Part shown: positions 36,786-49,771 of the stretch, in pieces
How positions within the stretch are numbered: the first letter of the stretch is position 1
Layout of the letters: the number at the start of each line of letters is the position of its first letter
Source: Octopus sinensis
Taxonomy: Eukaryota
Direction: 5' to 3'
DNA: 50,153 bases
Assembly: GCF_006345805.1 (NCBI RefSeq)
Contig: NW_021834264.1
Coordinates: 1-50,153 of the forward strand
Notes under the pieces: model-generated
The model's database searches: none
Seen by the model: the letters and a program-made list of their open reading frames with translations, nothing else
What the model was told of the DNA's origin: nothing
Program-made: the position numbers and the translations under genes

Positions 36786-37087
36786 TCTCTAGATATATCT
36801 GTGTGTGTCTATATATGTGGATCTTAAGCTTAATCCTGTTTATCTGCATCATTATTTACATATCAGCTGATCTGAATTTCTCTTATAGCCACTCTATACC
36901 CCGTAGACCTAGTCCCCGATAAAGCTTTCGGAGTTTAATCAAATTATTCGAGCGATAGCATTTCTAGCTCTCGCCATCTGACTCTATGTATATGTGTGTG
37001 TCTGTGCACTCGCGCGTATGTGTGCGTGTATACGTATGTATGCATGTTAATGTGTGTTAATGTGTATGTATATCAATATGTATATAT

Positions 37088-37106
37088 CATCTGTGTGAAA
37101 GTATGA

Positions 37107-37154
<48 letters not shown>

Positions 37155-37157
37155 CTT

Positions 37158-37207
<50 letters not shown>

Positions 37208-37208
37208 C

Positions 37209-37287
<79 letters not shown>
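37088..37287. repeat. (TAGA)n array with no LINE inside
   Basis: Direct reading. Confidence 0.95.
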
Positions 37288-37754
37288 ACTATACAGTCTT
37301 GCACAATATTACCTCATAAATTTAATGTACCACGTCAGTCTACACATTACAAACACGAAATATTAGTTAACCTGCGTGGCAAATCGCAATATATTATTGG
37401 TTTTAAAATCATTTCAAATCTCATTCGTCTAGCCACGGGTAATTGGTATAAATATTAATTAGGTTAATTTAGTTGATAGGAAAATATAACTAATTGCATC
37501 TGCCTGATTAGAAAATATTTGATAGCAGATAGTTAAAACCCAAATTAAGTTTATAAGGGCAAGTATTTGAGATAATATATTACAGTTCATACCAAAGTTA
37601 AAAGATTAAAACATAGATCATAGACGTATTTCATATTTCAATTTAGGTTCCTAATATATTTAGATAAAGTAGTATAAAGCAAGTATATATAAATAAAGTT
37701 TCTAGTTATATAATTGTAGTTGAAGTTTCATACATTTTATCTTTTAACATTTAT

Positions 37755-37990
37755 TTGTTTCATTCATTAGACTGCGGCCATGCTGGAGCGGTGACCTGAG
37801 TTTTGTCCAACAAACCGTCATAAGTATTTAATCTTTTAAAATCTAATACTTATACTCTCAGTCTCTTTGCCGGGCCGCTAAGTCACGAGGACGTAAACAA
37901 CAGAGCAGAAGTTGTCAAGTGGTAAAGGGACAAACATAAACAAACGTATACATAAATACAAACATACGTACGTGCTTCCGTACACACACA
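37755..37990 (-). mobile_element. SINE family A 3' part, diverged
   Basis: GACTGCGGCCATGCTGGAGC...GACGTAAACA. Confidence 0.75.
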
Positions 37991-38033
37991 CATATATATA
38001 TATATATATACATACATATATGTGTGTGTGTAT

Positions 38034-38071
<38 letters not shown>

Positions 38072-38079
<8 letters not shown>

Positions 38080-38733
38080 CAATGTACATTTAAACATATA
38101 AGAGGCATCCATCATAGGACTCCTTGCACGCTAGAGAGAACAGTTAAATTCCAAACCACTATTAGGGATAAAGTTTCGAAGGGAATGATAAATAAAAACA
38201 TTTACCATCTAACTCCTGGACCAATGGTTCTAGACTATTTTTTAGCAAATAAAATAATTTGTTAGGCGAAGTCTTCTTCAGCAGGTACACCTTAGATTAA
38301 ATATATATGCACGAGGCAATCCAGTATATGCCCCGTGCTTATACATTCTAATTTTTCAAATCTACCGCGCAAGCGCAGATCCCTGTCGGCAGTAAATAAA
38401 AATGCCGGATTTTCAATTCGAAAATTATCTAGAAAAAATTATCAATAATTAACAGTATCAAAGGGTAATCAGAAATATTATAAATTTCCATTACAAGTGG
38501 CCTAGCATGTAAAAATTTAGTCAATAGACTATATAATATTCATATAAATACAGTGTACATTTAAACACATGAGAGGCATCTACCATAGGACTCCTTGCAC
38601 GCTAGAGAGAACAGTTAAATTCCAAACTACTATTAGGGATAAAATTTCGAAGGGAACGGAAAATTTAAACATTTACCATCTAAAACCTGGACCGATGGTT
38701 TCAGAATTTTTGGGGGACAAATAAAATAATTTG
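38072..38733. repeat. ~190-bp direct repeat pair, period ~470 bp
   Basis: 38072-38261 and 38542-38733 share ATAGGACTCCTTGCACGCTAGAGAGAACAGTTAAATTCCAAAC. Confidence 0.85.
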
Positions 38734-38908
38734 CTAAGCAAACGGAGAAACGGTACAAAATAGAAATAACGGGATTTATATAGCCAGTCAGACATCTATA
38801 AAGCACTTAGTGTTAAATGAATTTGGTCAACTATATCCAACAATCAGATATGAACAAATGGAAGTAGAAAAAGTATTCTCATATAAATCCTTGTATTTAC
38901 TCTCTCTC

Positions 38909-39095
38909 TTTTTACTCTTTTACTTGTTTCAGTCATTTGACTGCGGCCATGCTGGAGCACCACCTTTAGTCGAGCAAATCTACCCCGGGACTTATTCTTT
39001 GTAAGCCCAGTACTTATTCTATCGGTCTCTTTTGTCGAAACGCTAAGTGACGGGGACGTAAACACACCAGCATCGGTTGACAAGCGATGTTGGGG

Positions 39096-39130
<35 letters not shown>

Positions 39131-39223
39131 CACAGAAGACACTTGCCCAAGATGCCACGCAGTGGGACTGAACCCGGAACCATGTGGTTGGTTAGCAAGC
39201 TACTTACCACACAGCCACTCCTA
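38909..39223 (-). mobile_element. SINE family A with internal deletion
   Basis: Tail and head present; middle replaced at the (CA)n run. Confidence 0.88.
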
Positions 39224-39589
39224 CTGTCAACAAAAATAAAAATGGTGAAGATCACATCTTTAATTGGTGGTTATACCATACGATACCGACGATCGTTTGT
39301 GCTGTATCAACAGATTTAGATACAGGAAATGTCAGTCAAATTAATATATACCAAAATATATTTTAGCACAACGTCAAGGAAGTAATCCAAATGGTTATCA
39401 AGACAATCCAAGGCAAGTTTAATTTCAAAGTGAACTAAGGGAATATCTCTAGTAGACGAACGCATACAAAAAGAACGTTAAGAAGAAATAGAATATTCTA
39501 AGAAAAGCCAACTTTGGATGACGTCAGAGGAAAACAAGAGAATAAAAAATAACATGAATTCTAAATTACGACGAAGAATTCATGTTTAT

Positions 39590-42500
39590 TCCAAAAGAGT
39601 GGAAGGCGAAGTCGTCCTTGGCTGATTCGGAAAAGGAGAACGTGAAGATGAACGAAATGCCGCTATGTATTTTGCCTGGCGCGCTAACGGTTCTATCAAC
39701 TCGCTGCCTTTCTACTAAAGCACAAGGCTCGAAAATTGGGGGGAGGGTACTAGTCGATTACATCGACCCCAGTGTTTTACTGGTACTTAATTTATCGACC
39801 CCTGAAGGATGAAAGGCAAAGTCGACCTCGGCGGAATTTGAACTCAAAACACAACGACGAGCGAAATGCCGCTAAACATTTTGCCCAGTGTGCTAACGAC
39901 TCTGCCAGCCTTAACAATAGTTTTAATAATCTTTTCGCCTCTAGGCACAAGGCTCGAAATTTTAGGGGAGGAGGCCAGTCGATTAGATCGACCTCAGTAC
40001 GCACCTGTTACTAAATTTATCGACCCCGAATGGATGAAAGGCAAAGTCGACCTCGGAGGAATTTGAACTCAAAACACAACGACGAGCGAAATGCCGCTAA
40101 ACATTTTGCCCAGTGTGCTAACGACTCTGCCAGCCTTAACAATAGTTTTAATAATCTTTTCGCCTCTAGGCACAAGGCTCGAAATTTTAGGGGAGGAGGC
40201 CAGTCGATTAGATCGACCTCGGTACGCACCTGTTACTAAATTTATCGACCCCGAATGGATGAAAGGCAAAGTCGACCTCGGAGGAATTTGAACTCAAAAC
40301 ACAACGACGAGCGAAATGCCGCTAAACATTTTGCCCAGTGTGCTAACGACTCTGCCAGCCTTAACAATAGTTTTAATAATCTTTTCGCCTCTAGGCACAA
40401 GGCTCGAAATTTTAGGGGAGGAGGCCAGTAGATTAGATCGACCCCAGTACGCACCTGTTACTAAATTTATCGACCCCGAATGGATGAAAGGCAAAGTCGA
40501 CCTCGGAGGAATTTGAACTCAAAACACAACGACGAGCGAAATGCCGCTAAACATTTTGCCCAGTGTGCTAACGACTCTGCCAGCCTTAACAATAGTTTTA
40601 TAATCTTTTCGCCTCTAGGCACAAGGCTCGAAATTTTAGGGGAGGAGGCCAGTAGATTAGATCGACCCCAGTACGCACCTGTTACTAAATTTATCGACCC
40701 CGAATGGATGAAAGGCAAAGTCGACCTCGGAGGAATTTGAACTCAAAACACAACGACGAGCGAATGCCGCTAAACATTTTGCCCAGTGTGCTAACGACTC
40801 TGCCAGCCTTAACAATAGTTTTAATAATCTTTTCGCCTCTAGGCACAAGGCTCGAAATTTTAGGGGAGGAGGCCAGTAGATTAGATCGACCCCAGTACGC
40901 ACCTGTTACTAAATTTATCGACCCCGAATGGATGAAAGGCAAAGTCGACCTCGGAGGAATTTGAACTCAAAACACAACGACGAGCGAAATGCCGCTAAAC
41001 ATTTTGCCCAGTGTGCTAACGACTCTGCCAGCCTTAACAATAGTTTTAATAATCTTTTCGCCTCTAGGCACAAGGCTCGAAATTTTAGGGGAGGAGGCCA
41101 GTAGATTAGATCGACCCCAGTACGCACCTGTTACTAAATTTATCGACCCCGAATGGATGAAAGGCAAAGTCGACCTCGGAGGAATTTGAACTCAAAACAC
41201 AACGACGAGCGAAATGCGCTAAACATTTTGCCCAGTGTGCTAACGACTCTGCCAGCCTTAACAATAGTTTTAATAATCTTTTCGCCTCTAGGCACAAGGC
41301 TCGAAATTTTAGGGGAGGAGGCCAGTAGATTAGATCGACCCCAGTACGCACCTGTTACTAAATTTATCGACCCCGAATGGATGAAAGGCAAAGTCGACCT
41401 CGGCGGAATTTGAACTCAAAACACAACGACGAGCGAAATGCCGCTAAAAATTTTGCCCAGTGTGCTAACGACTCTGCCAGCCTTAACAATAGTTTTAATA
41501 ATCTTTTCGCCTCTAGGCACAGGCTCGAAATTTTAGGGGAGGAGGCCAGTAGATTAGATCGACCCCAGTACGCACCTGTTACTAAATTTATCGACCCCGA
41601 ATGGATGAAAGGCAAAGTCGACCTCGGAGGAATTTGAACTCAAAACACAACGACGAGCGAAATGCCGCTAAACATTTTGCCCAGTGTGCTAACGACTCTG
41701 CCAGCCTTAACATAGTTTTAATAATCTTTTCGCCTCTAGGCACAAGGCTCGAAATTTTAGGGGAGGAGGCCAGTAGATTAGATCGACCCCAGTACGCACC
41801 TGTTACTAAATTTATCGACCCCGAATGGATGAAAGGCAAAGTCGACCTCGGAGGGATTTGAACTCAAAACACAACGACGAGCGAAATGCCGCTAAACATT
41901 TTGCCCAGTGTGCTAACGACTCTGCCAGCCTTAACAATAGTTTTAATAATCTTTTCGCCTCTAGGCACAAGGCTCGAAATTTTAGGGGAGGAGCCAGTAG
42001 ATTAGATCGACCCCAGTACGCACCTGTTACTAAATTTATCGACCCCGAATGGATGAAAGGCAAAGTCGACCTCGGAGGAATTTGAACTCAAAACACAACG
42101 ACGAGCGAAATGCCGCTAAACATTTTGCCCAGTGTGCTAACGACTCTGCCAGCCTTAACAATAGTTAATAATAATCTTTTCGCCTCTAGGCACAAGGCTC
42201 GAAATTTTAGGGGAGGAGCCAGTAGATTAGATCGACCCCAGTACGCAACTGTTACTAAATTTATCGACCCCGAATGGATGAAAGGCAAAGTCGACCTCGG
42301 AGGAATTTGAACTCAAAACACAACGACGAGCGAAATGCCGCTAAACATTTTGCCCAGTGTGCTAACGACTCTGCCAGCCTTAACAATAGTTTTAATAATC
42401 TTTTCGCCTCTAGGCACAAGGCTCGAAATTTTAGGGGAGGAGGCCAGTCGATTAGATCGACCTCAGTACGCACCTGTTACTAAATTTATCGACCCCGAAT

Positions 42501-42615
42501 GGATGAAAGGCAAAGTCGACCTCGGAGGAATTTGAACTCAGAACGTAGCAGCAGACGAAATACGGCTACGCACTTCGCCCGGCTTGCTAACGTTTCTGCC
42601 AGCTAGCCGTCTTAA
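39590..42615 (-). repeat. Tandem array of whole family C SINEs: 12 units of 224-225 bp (39807-42500) plus diverged flanking copies
   Basis: GGATGAAAGGC at 39807, 40032, 40257, 40482, 40706, 40930, 41155, 41379, 41603, 41827, 42051, 42276, 42501; each unit has TGGCAGAGTCGTTAGC and GAGTTCAAATTCC boxes on the minus strand. Confidence 0.95.
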
Positions 42616-42943
42616 CAACAACTATAATAATAACATATAGATAATATCGATAATCGAAGACTACTCTTTCTGTCCATGTTTTATGAATTATAATCAATGT
42701 TAATAAGCCATCATCTTGGTACAATCCGAACTAATCTACTGAAAATTATCTCTACAATTTAATTAACAATTATAACACAATTAGGCCAATTAGTTCAGTC
42801 AGCGTGCTGAAGCAAAAGAAGTTCTTGAACATAATTAATTACATAAAAACTGATCAAAATATAGCTGTGTAGTTAAAAAGCTCATGTGGCTGGGAACCAA
42901 CCTTCTTACCACAAATACACTGCGCCTCTGTGTGTATGCGTGC

Positions 42944-42980
<37 letters not shown>

Positions 42981-42981
42981 A

Positions 42982-43375
42982 CTAGCAGTATCGCCCAGCG
43001 TTGCTCGGGTTTGTAAGGGGAATAACTATAAAGCATTTTTAGAGAGTTATAGCCAAAAAATAGCAAAAAATGCATTAAAAATGGAAAAAAAAATTATGGT
43101 AAATTTTTTTTGAAATCGTTGACTCATCGTAGACATTTTTAGAGAGTTACTTCCCTTTATTTAAAAAAATATGCATTAAAATGGAAATAAATGATGGTAA
43201 ATTATTTTTAAAATCGTAGACTCATCGTAGGCGCGCGCTAATACCCAGAAGGGCTCGATATGAATCACGACTATAAGATACCCGGTTTTGGTTAAACTGC
43301 ATCGCAAAATGTGGGAGTAGTTAGGAATCTAAATCGTAGGAGACAGACACACAACTTCACTTTTAAATATAAAGA
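42982..43375 (-). mobile_element. Non-autonomous Helitron 1
   Basis: Minus strand A|TCTTTATAT...CCCGAGCAACGCTGGG...CTAG|T; absent from the paralogous block near 48190. Confidence 0.88.
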
Positions 43376-43455
43376 TATACATCAGTATTGTAACATGACG
43401 TCTTCCCGATTTGAGCTGTGTTGTGTGAGGTGGTTAGAGCAGCGGACTATATATA

Positions 43456-43490
<35 letters not shown>

Positions 43491-44023
43491 CTAGCAATAT
43501 GACCCGGCGTTGCCGGGTCTAGTGCTGGTGCTTGTTGTTCGTTGCTGGGTCGCAGTAAAAATTTCTCACTAAATCAAAAGCTAAGTTTCTTATCACATTT
43601 CAGCCTGGGCCAGTTTTGTTGTTTATGAGCTAGTTGGAGCTTTTTATGAGAATAACTAATATTCATTGGACTTCGGTTTTCATACCTGGAACGGCATAAT
43701 CATGGAAAATTAGCGGGACTGTGCACATGCTATTAGTCGGACAAAAAAGGAGGCAGAAGAATGTGGAAAGCTCGAATTTGGTCGCAAAATAACTTATGGG
43801 CATAAGGGGTCGGTTTATCGATTTTTTTTAATGGCTTTCTGGGGTGACTGGGGAAATGAAAAGATCTTCACGACCACTCTCAGACAGTTTTGAAAGCCCA
43901 TAGAAAATGCAAGCCTTTTACGTGAAAAACTGTGGATTTGTATAAAGGACACACGGATACACGGACACACGGATACACAGACACACAGATACACAGACAT
44001 TTTGCCGTTTATAGATATAGAGA
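43491..44023 (-). mobile_element. Non-autonomous Helitron 2
   Basis: Minus strand A|TCTCTATATC...GACCCGGCAACGCCGGGTC hairpin...CTAG|T, in (TA)n. Confidence 0.88.
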
Positions 44024-44076
44024 TGTATTTGTATGTATGTATGAGAAACTTTATAAGTATTCTTAATGTCGCTCTG

Positions 44077-44302
44077 AAGCGGTGAGCTGGCAGAATCGTT
44101 AGCACGTCGTTAAAATTGCTTCGCAATATTTCGTCTGGCTTAACGTTTGATTTCAAATTCCGCCGAGGTTGACTTTGCTTTTCATCCTCCTGGGGTTGAT
44201 AAAATCGGTATCATTTGATCACTGGGGTCGATAAAATCGACTTACCCCTTTCCCCAAAAAATTACTGGCCTTGTGTCAAAATTTGAAAGTACTCTTATTA
44301 TC
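44077..44302 (+). mobile_element. SINE family C monomer
   Basis: GCTGGCAGAATCGTTAGC head; CCCCAAAAAATTACTGGCCTTGTG tail. Confidence 0.8.
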
Positions 44303-44574
44303 ATTCTACATAAAAAATCCTCGACTCTCCGCGTAGATAAAGATCAATGAAACACTCCACTAACTTACAAACTGACGACCTACCGAATCCTTATACTAAA
44401 CATTCCACTTACAAATACTTCTTCCGTCTTTCCAGCCCATATTCTTAAGCGGTGGTTCTCAACCACATTTATCCTATGCCCCCCCCCCCTTTGATTCCTG
44501 CTTTATTCTACTGGACCTCTATAGCCATTGGATGTCTATAAAATAATATCTTACTATGTTCTTATAATTTCGTA

Positions 44575-44968
44575 TTTACTCTTACTCTTTACTCTTTTAC
44601 TTGTTTCGGTCTTTTCACTGCAGCCATGCTGGAGCACCGCCTTTAGTCGAGGAAGTCGACACCGGGACTTATTCTTCGGAAGCCTAGTACTTATTCTATC
44701 GGTCTCTTTTGCCGAACCGCTAAGTTACAGGGACGTAAACACACCAGCATCGGTTGTCAAGCGATGTTATGGGGGGAGGGGACAACACAAACACGCAAAC
44801 ATATACACACATACACATATATATATACATATATACGACGGGCTTCTTTCAGTTTCCGTCTGCCAAATCCACTCACAAGGCTTTGGTCGGCCCGAGGCTA
44901 TAGTTAAAGATACTTGCCCAAGGTGCCACACAGTGGGAATGAACCCGGAACCACACAGCCACTCCTGA
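44575..44968 (-). mobile_element. SINE family A
   Basis: Reverse complement of family A. Confidence 0.9.
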
Positions 44969-45039
44969 ATTGCATAAAAAGTTAGAATATTTTGTTGCAT
45001 TGTAGAAGAATAATCAATTTATTGCTCATAAATTTTATA

Positions 45040-45191
45040 CCAACCACATGGTTCCCGGTTCAGTCCCACTGCGTGGCACCTTGGGCATGTGTCTTCTACT
45101 ATAGCCTCGGACTGACCAAAGCCTTGCGAGTAGATTTGGTAGACGGAAACTGAAAGAAGCCCGTCGTATATATGTATATATATATGTTTGT

Positions 45192-45230
<39 letters not shown>

Positions 45231-45437
45231 GTGTTTGCGTTTGCCATCCCGACATCGCTTCACAACCGATGCTGGTGTGTTTACGTCCCCGTAACTTAGC
45301 GGTTCGGCTTGAGAGACCGAAAGAATAAGTACTAGGCTTACAATGAATAAGTCCTGGTGTCGATTTGCTCGACTAAACGCGGTGCTCCAGCTTGGCCGCA
45401 GACAAATTACTGAAACAAATAAACGAATAAAAGAGAA
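45040..45437 (+). mobile_element. SINE family A lacking its first ~35 nt, head-to-head with the previous copy
   Basis: Match to family A. Confidence 0.9.
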
Positions 45438-45944
45438 GAACAAAGCATTATACGAACGCCAAAGGCCAATGTGTTAACAAATACTTAGAAGCATTATGTT
45501 TCGTGAATAGATGTGCTAAGCAGTTACTAACAGCAATCAAACTAAATGCCAGTTCAAATATGTCTGTTCGCTTCAGTGTGTCATGAAAAAAGAAACATAT
45601 TTGAGATTACTTGAAAACAGCTTTAAAGCAGGATAACTCAGAGCGTCCCTTTAGGACTGGTGAATACATGTATATCGAACATAAGCGGGAATTTTCCTCC
45701 ATGACGCATTGCATTGTAAAGCCTTTTAGGAGTTCAAAGACCTCTGAAAATATTTGAACTAGTTTTAAGTCTATTGTAATTCTTTCTATTTTTCGATCTG
45801 ATTGTAATGTTTTGGTACAAGGGTAGCAATATTGAGAGAAGGAGAAATTGATAACATCGTCTCAAGTATTCAACTGGAATTTATTTTTATGGACCCTGAG
45901 GGGATCACAGGCAAAGCCGACCTCGATGATATACGAACAGAAAG

Positions 45945-46543
45945 GGGGCAAGCTGGCAGAAACGTTAGCACGCCGGGCGAAATGCCTAGCGGTATTTCGT
46001 CTGCCGCTGCGTTCTGAGTTCAAATTCCACCGAGGTCGACTTTGCCTTTCATCCTTTCGGGGTCGATAAATTAAGCACCAGTTACACACTGGGGTCGATG
46101 TAATCGACTTAATACCTATGTCTGTCCTTGTTTGTCCGCTCTGTGTTTAGCCCCTTGTGGGTAGTAAAGAAATAGGTATTTCGTCTGCTGCTGCGTTCTG
46201 AGTACAAATTCCGCCGAGGTCGACTTTGCCTTTCATTCTTTCGGGGTCGATAAATTAATACCAGTTCAACACTGGGGTCGATGTAATCGACTTAATACTT
46301 ATGTCTGTCCTTGTTTGTCCCCTCTGTGTTTAGCCCCTTGTGGGTAATAAAGAAATAGGTATTTCGTCTGCCGCTGCGTTCTGAGTTCAAATTCCACCGA
46401 GGTCAACTTTGCCTTTCATCCTTTCGGGGTCGATTAAATAAGTACCAGTCATGCACTGGGGTCGGTATAATCGACTTAATCCGTTTGTCTGTTCTTGTTT
46501 GTCCTCTCTGTGTTTAACCCCTTGTGGGTAGTAAAGAAATAGG
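45945..46543 (+). mobile_element. SINE family C trimer inside an older antisense family C copy
   Basis: GGTAT at 45991, 46175, 46358, 46542 (period 183-184); TATACGAACA at 45930-45939 and 46544-46553. Confidence 0.9.
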
Positions 46544-46771
46544 TATACGAACACAGAATGTAAAGCCGAAAGAAATGTACCTAAGCGTTTTATCCAGCGT
46601 GCTAACAGATCTCCAGTCTGCCATTTTCATTAAATTCGTTATAACCCTGCTTGAAACGAAGTGATTAAAATGTAAATATACAATATATAGAAGAACAACT
46701 TTATCCTGTGTGTGTGTGAGTGTATGTGTGTGTGTGTAGGTGTGTGTGTATACATATATATGCATATATGC

Positions 46772-47046
46772 ATATCAACGTGACCACCATGACCGACCAT
46801 GCTATCAGATGTTGTTACATATCGCTGGTCACAATGCGCTTCGCATTGTTTTAGCCTTCAAAGGACGCCAACCAGCTGGCTAAGTGAGCTGGTCAACAGA
46901 AGAACGCATGAGAGTACAGCAGGGATCGCTACCACCCCTGCCGGATCTCGTGGAGCATTTAGGTTTTTTCGCTCAGTAAACACTCACAACGCCCGGTCTG
47001 GGAATCGAAACTGCGATCCTACGACCGCGAGTCCGCTGCCCTAACC
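46772..47046 (-). mobile_element. SINE family B, 5'-truncated
   Basis: Body near-identical to 49772-50062. Confidence 0.9.
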
Positions 47047-48244
47047 ATATCAACCTGAAGTCTTATTCTCAATCCATCTTTCACGGTCTTACAATTTCAT
47101 TTACGTGAAGACATGTCCATTCAGGCAGATGATTGCTTAACTGAGCGATAATGTCCAATTTATTGAGCTGCTGTTAAAACTAGGGCAGCGGGTGTAAAAA
47201 ACAGGACGGTTTCAATTTAATAAAGTGGATTCATTTCAAATCTTTTCAAATTAGGTTACAATCAACATCGTTAAATTTTTCAACAGAAACTTCCAAAAAC
47301 TGGCACCATTTTATATAAATTTCTCGGGGGGGGGCATAAATCTAGTAACACGTTCCTTATTATCAAATCGAAGCTAATTTTTAGAGTAAACCTAATTCCT
47401 ATTCAAACAAGACATGTCTAATTCATATCTTCATCACATAAAATATATTCCTCTCGCTCTCTCTCCATTTTAATTGTCAGTCAAAATATCATCCCCTTGT
47501 TTGCACAAAACACTTTAAATCAATCAAACTTTTTCGACCATATATCCGAGTCAACAACTGAAATCAAGCAAAGCAAATTACTTCACTTTCCACGCGATTT
47601 ATTCGCAAGAAATAAAATTTAAACAGCAACACATTTTTCTAAGACCATCCCACTCTTTCTAACATTTGTTTTAGTTCTGTTATTTTTTCCAAATACACAA
47701 CCAATGACTTTAATTTCCACTCTTTTAAAGTGACCATTTTTGTTCGGCGCTTTTGGTTCACTGGTGGTATCCCCTTCACTTTTCCATTAGCCACGCATTC
47801 CTGCCATCTTTCTACTCTCTCTCCCTCCCTCTCTCTCTCTCTGTTTCTCTCTCATTCTATCTCTCACATCTCCCCTGCACTTATTACCAACATTATAAAT
47901 GCAAAATTACTTCAAACATCAACAAATAGGAGCAGGCATGGCTTTGGGGTTAAGAAGTTTACTAGCAACCATGTGATTAGGCCAATTAGTTCAGTCAGCG
48001 TGCTGAAGCAAAAGAAGTTCTCGAAAATAATTAATTACATAAAAACTGATCAAAATATACCTGTGTAGTTAAAAAGCGGTGGTTCTCATCACTTTTATCC
48101 TGTGGCTGGGAAGCAACCTCCTAACCACAAATACACTGCGCCTCTGTGTGTATGCGTGAGTGTGTGTGTTTGTATGTGTATATCTATATAATATACATCA
48201 GTATTGTAACATGATGTCTTCCCGATTTGAGCTGTGTTGTGTGA

Positions 48245-48537
48245 GGTGGTTAGAGCAGCGGACTCGCAGCCGAGGGATTGCGGGTTCAAAAATCAGACTG
48301 GGCGATGTGTGTGTTTATGAGCGAAACACCTAAGCTCCACACAGGCTCCGGCAGACGGTAATGGCAAACTTCTGCTGACTCTTTCGCAACAAGTTTCTCT
48401 CACTCTTTCCTCTTGCATCTTGCAACTCACCTGCGACGGACCGGCGTCCTGTCTATGTGAGGAACCTATACGCCAAGGAAACAAGGGAACCGGCCCTTAT
48501 GAGCCAGGCGTGGCTTGAGAAGGAGCAAACAACAACA
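48245..48537 (+). mobile_element. SINE family B variant
   Basis: GGTTAGAGCAGCGGACTCGC head; tail ends CAACAACA. Confidence 0.8.
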
Positions 48538-48539
48538 CA

Positions 48540-48769
48540 TGTGTACGAGACAGTGCGTGTGTGAATGTATGCTAGCGTGAATGCATGTCATTCTATCTGT
48601 GTTTGTACCACGAAAAGCTTGACATCCGATGTTGGTTTGTTTATATCCGTTTAATCTAGTAGTTTCGGCAAAAGTGACCGGCATACTGAGCCACATGTCT
48701 TCTACTACACCTTGAGGCGACCAATTGTTTGTGAGTGAATTTGGCAGGCGGAAACTGTCTGGAAATCCA

Positions 48770-48812
<43 letters not shown>

Positions 48813-49050
48813 TGCATCAGTGTGCGTGTCTGTGTTTGTGTTTGTCCCCAGCACCGCTTGATGACCAATGTTGGTTTGTATATGTCCTACTTTTGGGGGG
48901 TTTCTAGAAAAGGAACCTATACAATAAGCACCAAACTTTAAAACACAAATAAATAGCTAGTGGGATCTATTTTCTTGGCTACAATCATTCAAGCTGTTAT
49001 CCCAGCACGAACGCATTCCAATGACTGAAACAACGTACCAAGAATAAAAG
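48540..49050 (+). mobile_element. Old degenerate family A SINE pieces
   Basis: Degraded TTTGTGAGTGAATTTGG...GGAAACTG and tail blocks. Confidence 0.6.
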
Positions 49051-49100
49051 GACAAACCTAAGTTACTCAATTCGTTTGATGATTATTAGGAACTATAATA

Positions 49101-49540
49101 GACGTAGGAATGGCTGTGTGGTAAGCATAGGCGTAGGAGTGGCTGCGTGGTAAGTAGCTTGCGTACGAACAACATGGTTCCGGGTTCAGTCCCACTGCGT
49201 GGCAACTTGGGTAACTGTTTTCTACTATAAGTCTCGGGCCCACCAAAGCCTTGTGAGTAGATTTGGCAGACAGAAACTCAAAGAAGCCCGTCGTATATAT
49301 GTATATATATATATGTATATATGTATGTGTATGTATATGTTTGTGTGTCTGTGTTTGTCCCCCCAACATCGCTTGACAACCGATGCTGGTGTGTTTACGT
49401 CCCCGTAACTTAGTGGTTCGGCAAAAGCACGATAGAATAAGGACTAGGCTTACAAAGAATAAGACCTGGGGTCGATTTGTTCGACTAAAGGCGGTGCTCC
49501 AACATGGCCACAGTCACATGATTGAAACAAGTAAAAGAGT
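49101..49540 (+). mobile_element. SINE family A with duplicated first ~26 nt
   Basis: GACGTAGGAATGGCTGTGTGGTAAG at 49101 followed by GGCGTAGGAGTGGCTGCGTGGTAAG at 49130. Confidence 0.88.
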
Positions 49541-49676
49541 GTAAGACTATAATGTTAAGTTTTCAATGATTTACAAAATATATTACACTCTAATTCAGTA
49601 TTGAGTTCTTCATTCTGGTTGCTACATTCCAGTATGGTTATATATATAAATATACATATATGCATATACTATATGC

Positions 49677-49749
<73 letters not shown>

Positions 49750-49771
49750 CATATATATGCATATATGCATA

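Noticed and set aside
39772-42535. Dozens of 66-86 aa ORFs, and a CRISPR-like look
   Set aside because: They come from the 225-bp SINE monomer; there are no unique spacers and no cas genes.
44448-44475. GCGGTGGTTCTCAACC resembling a hAT/Charlie TIR (similar at ~48075)
   Set aside because: No partner TIR or 8-bp TSD found.
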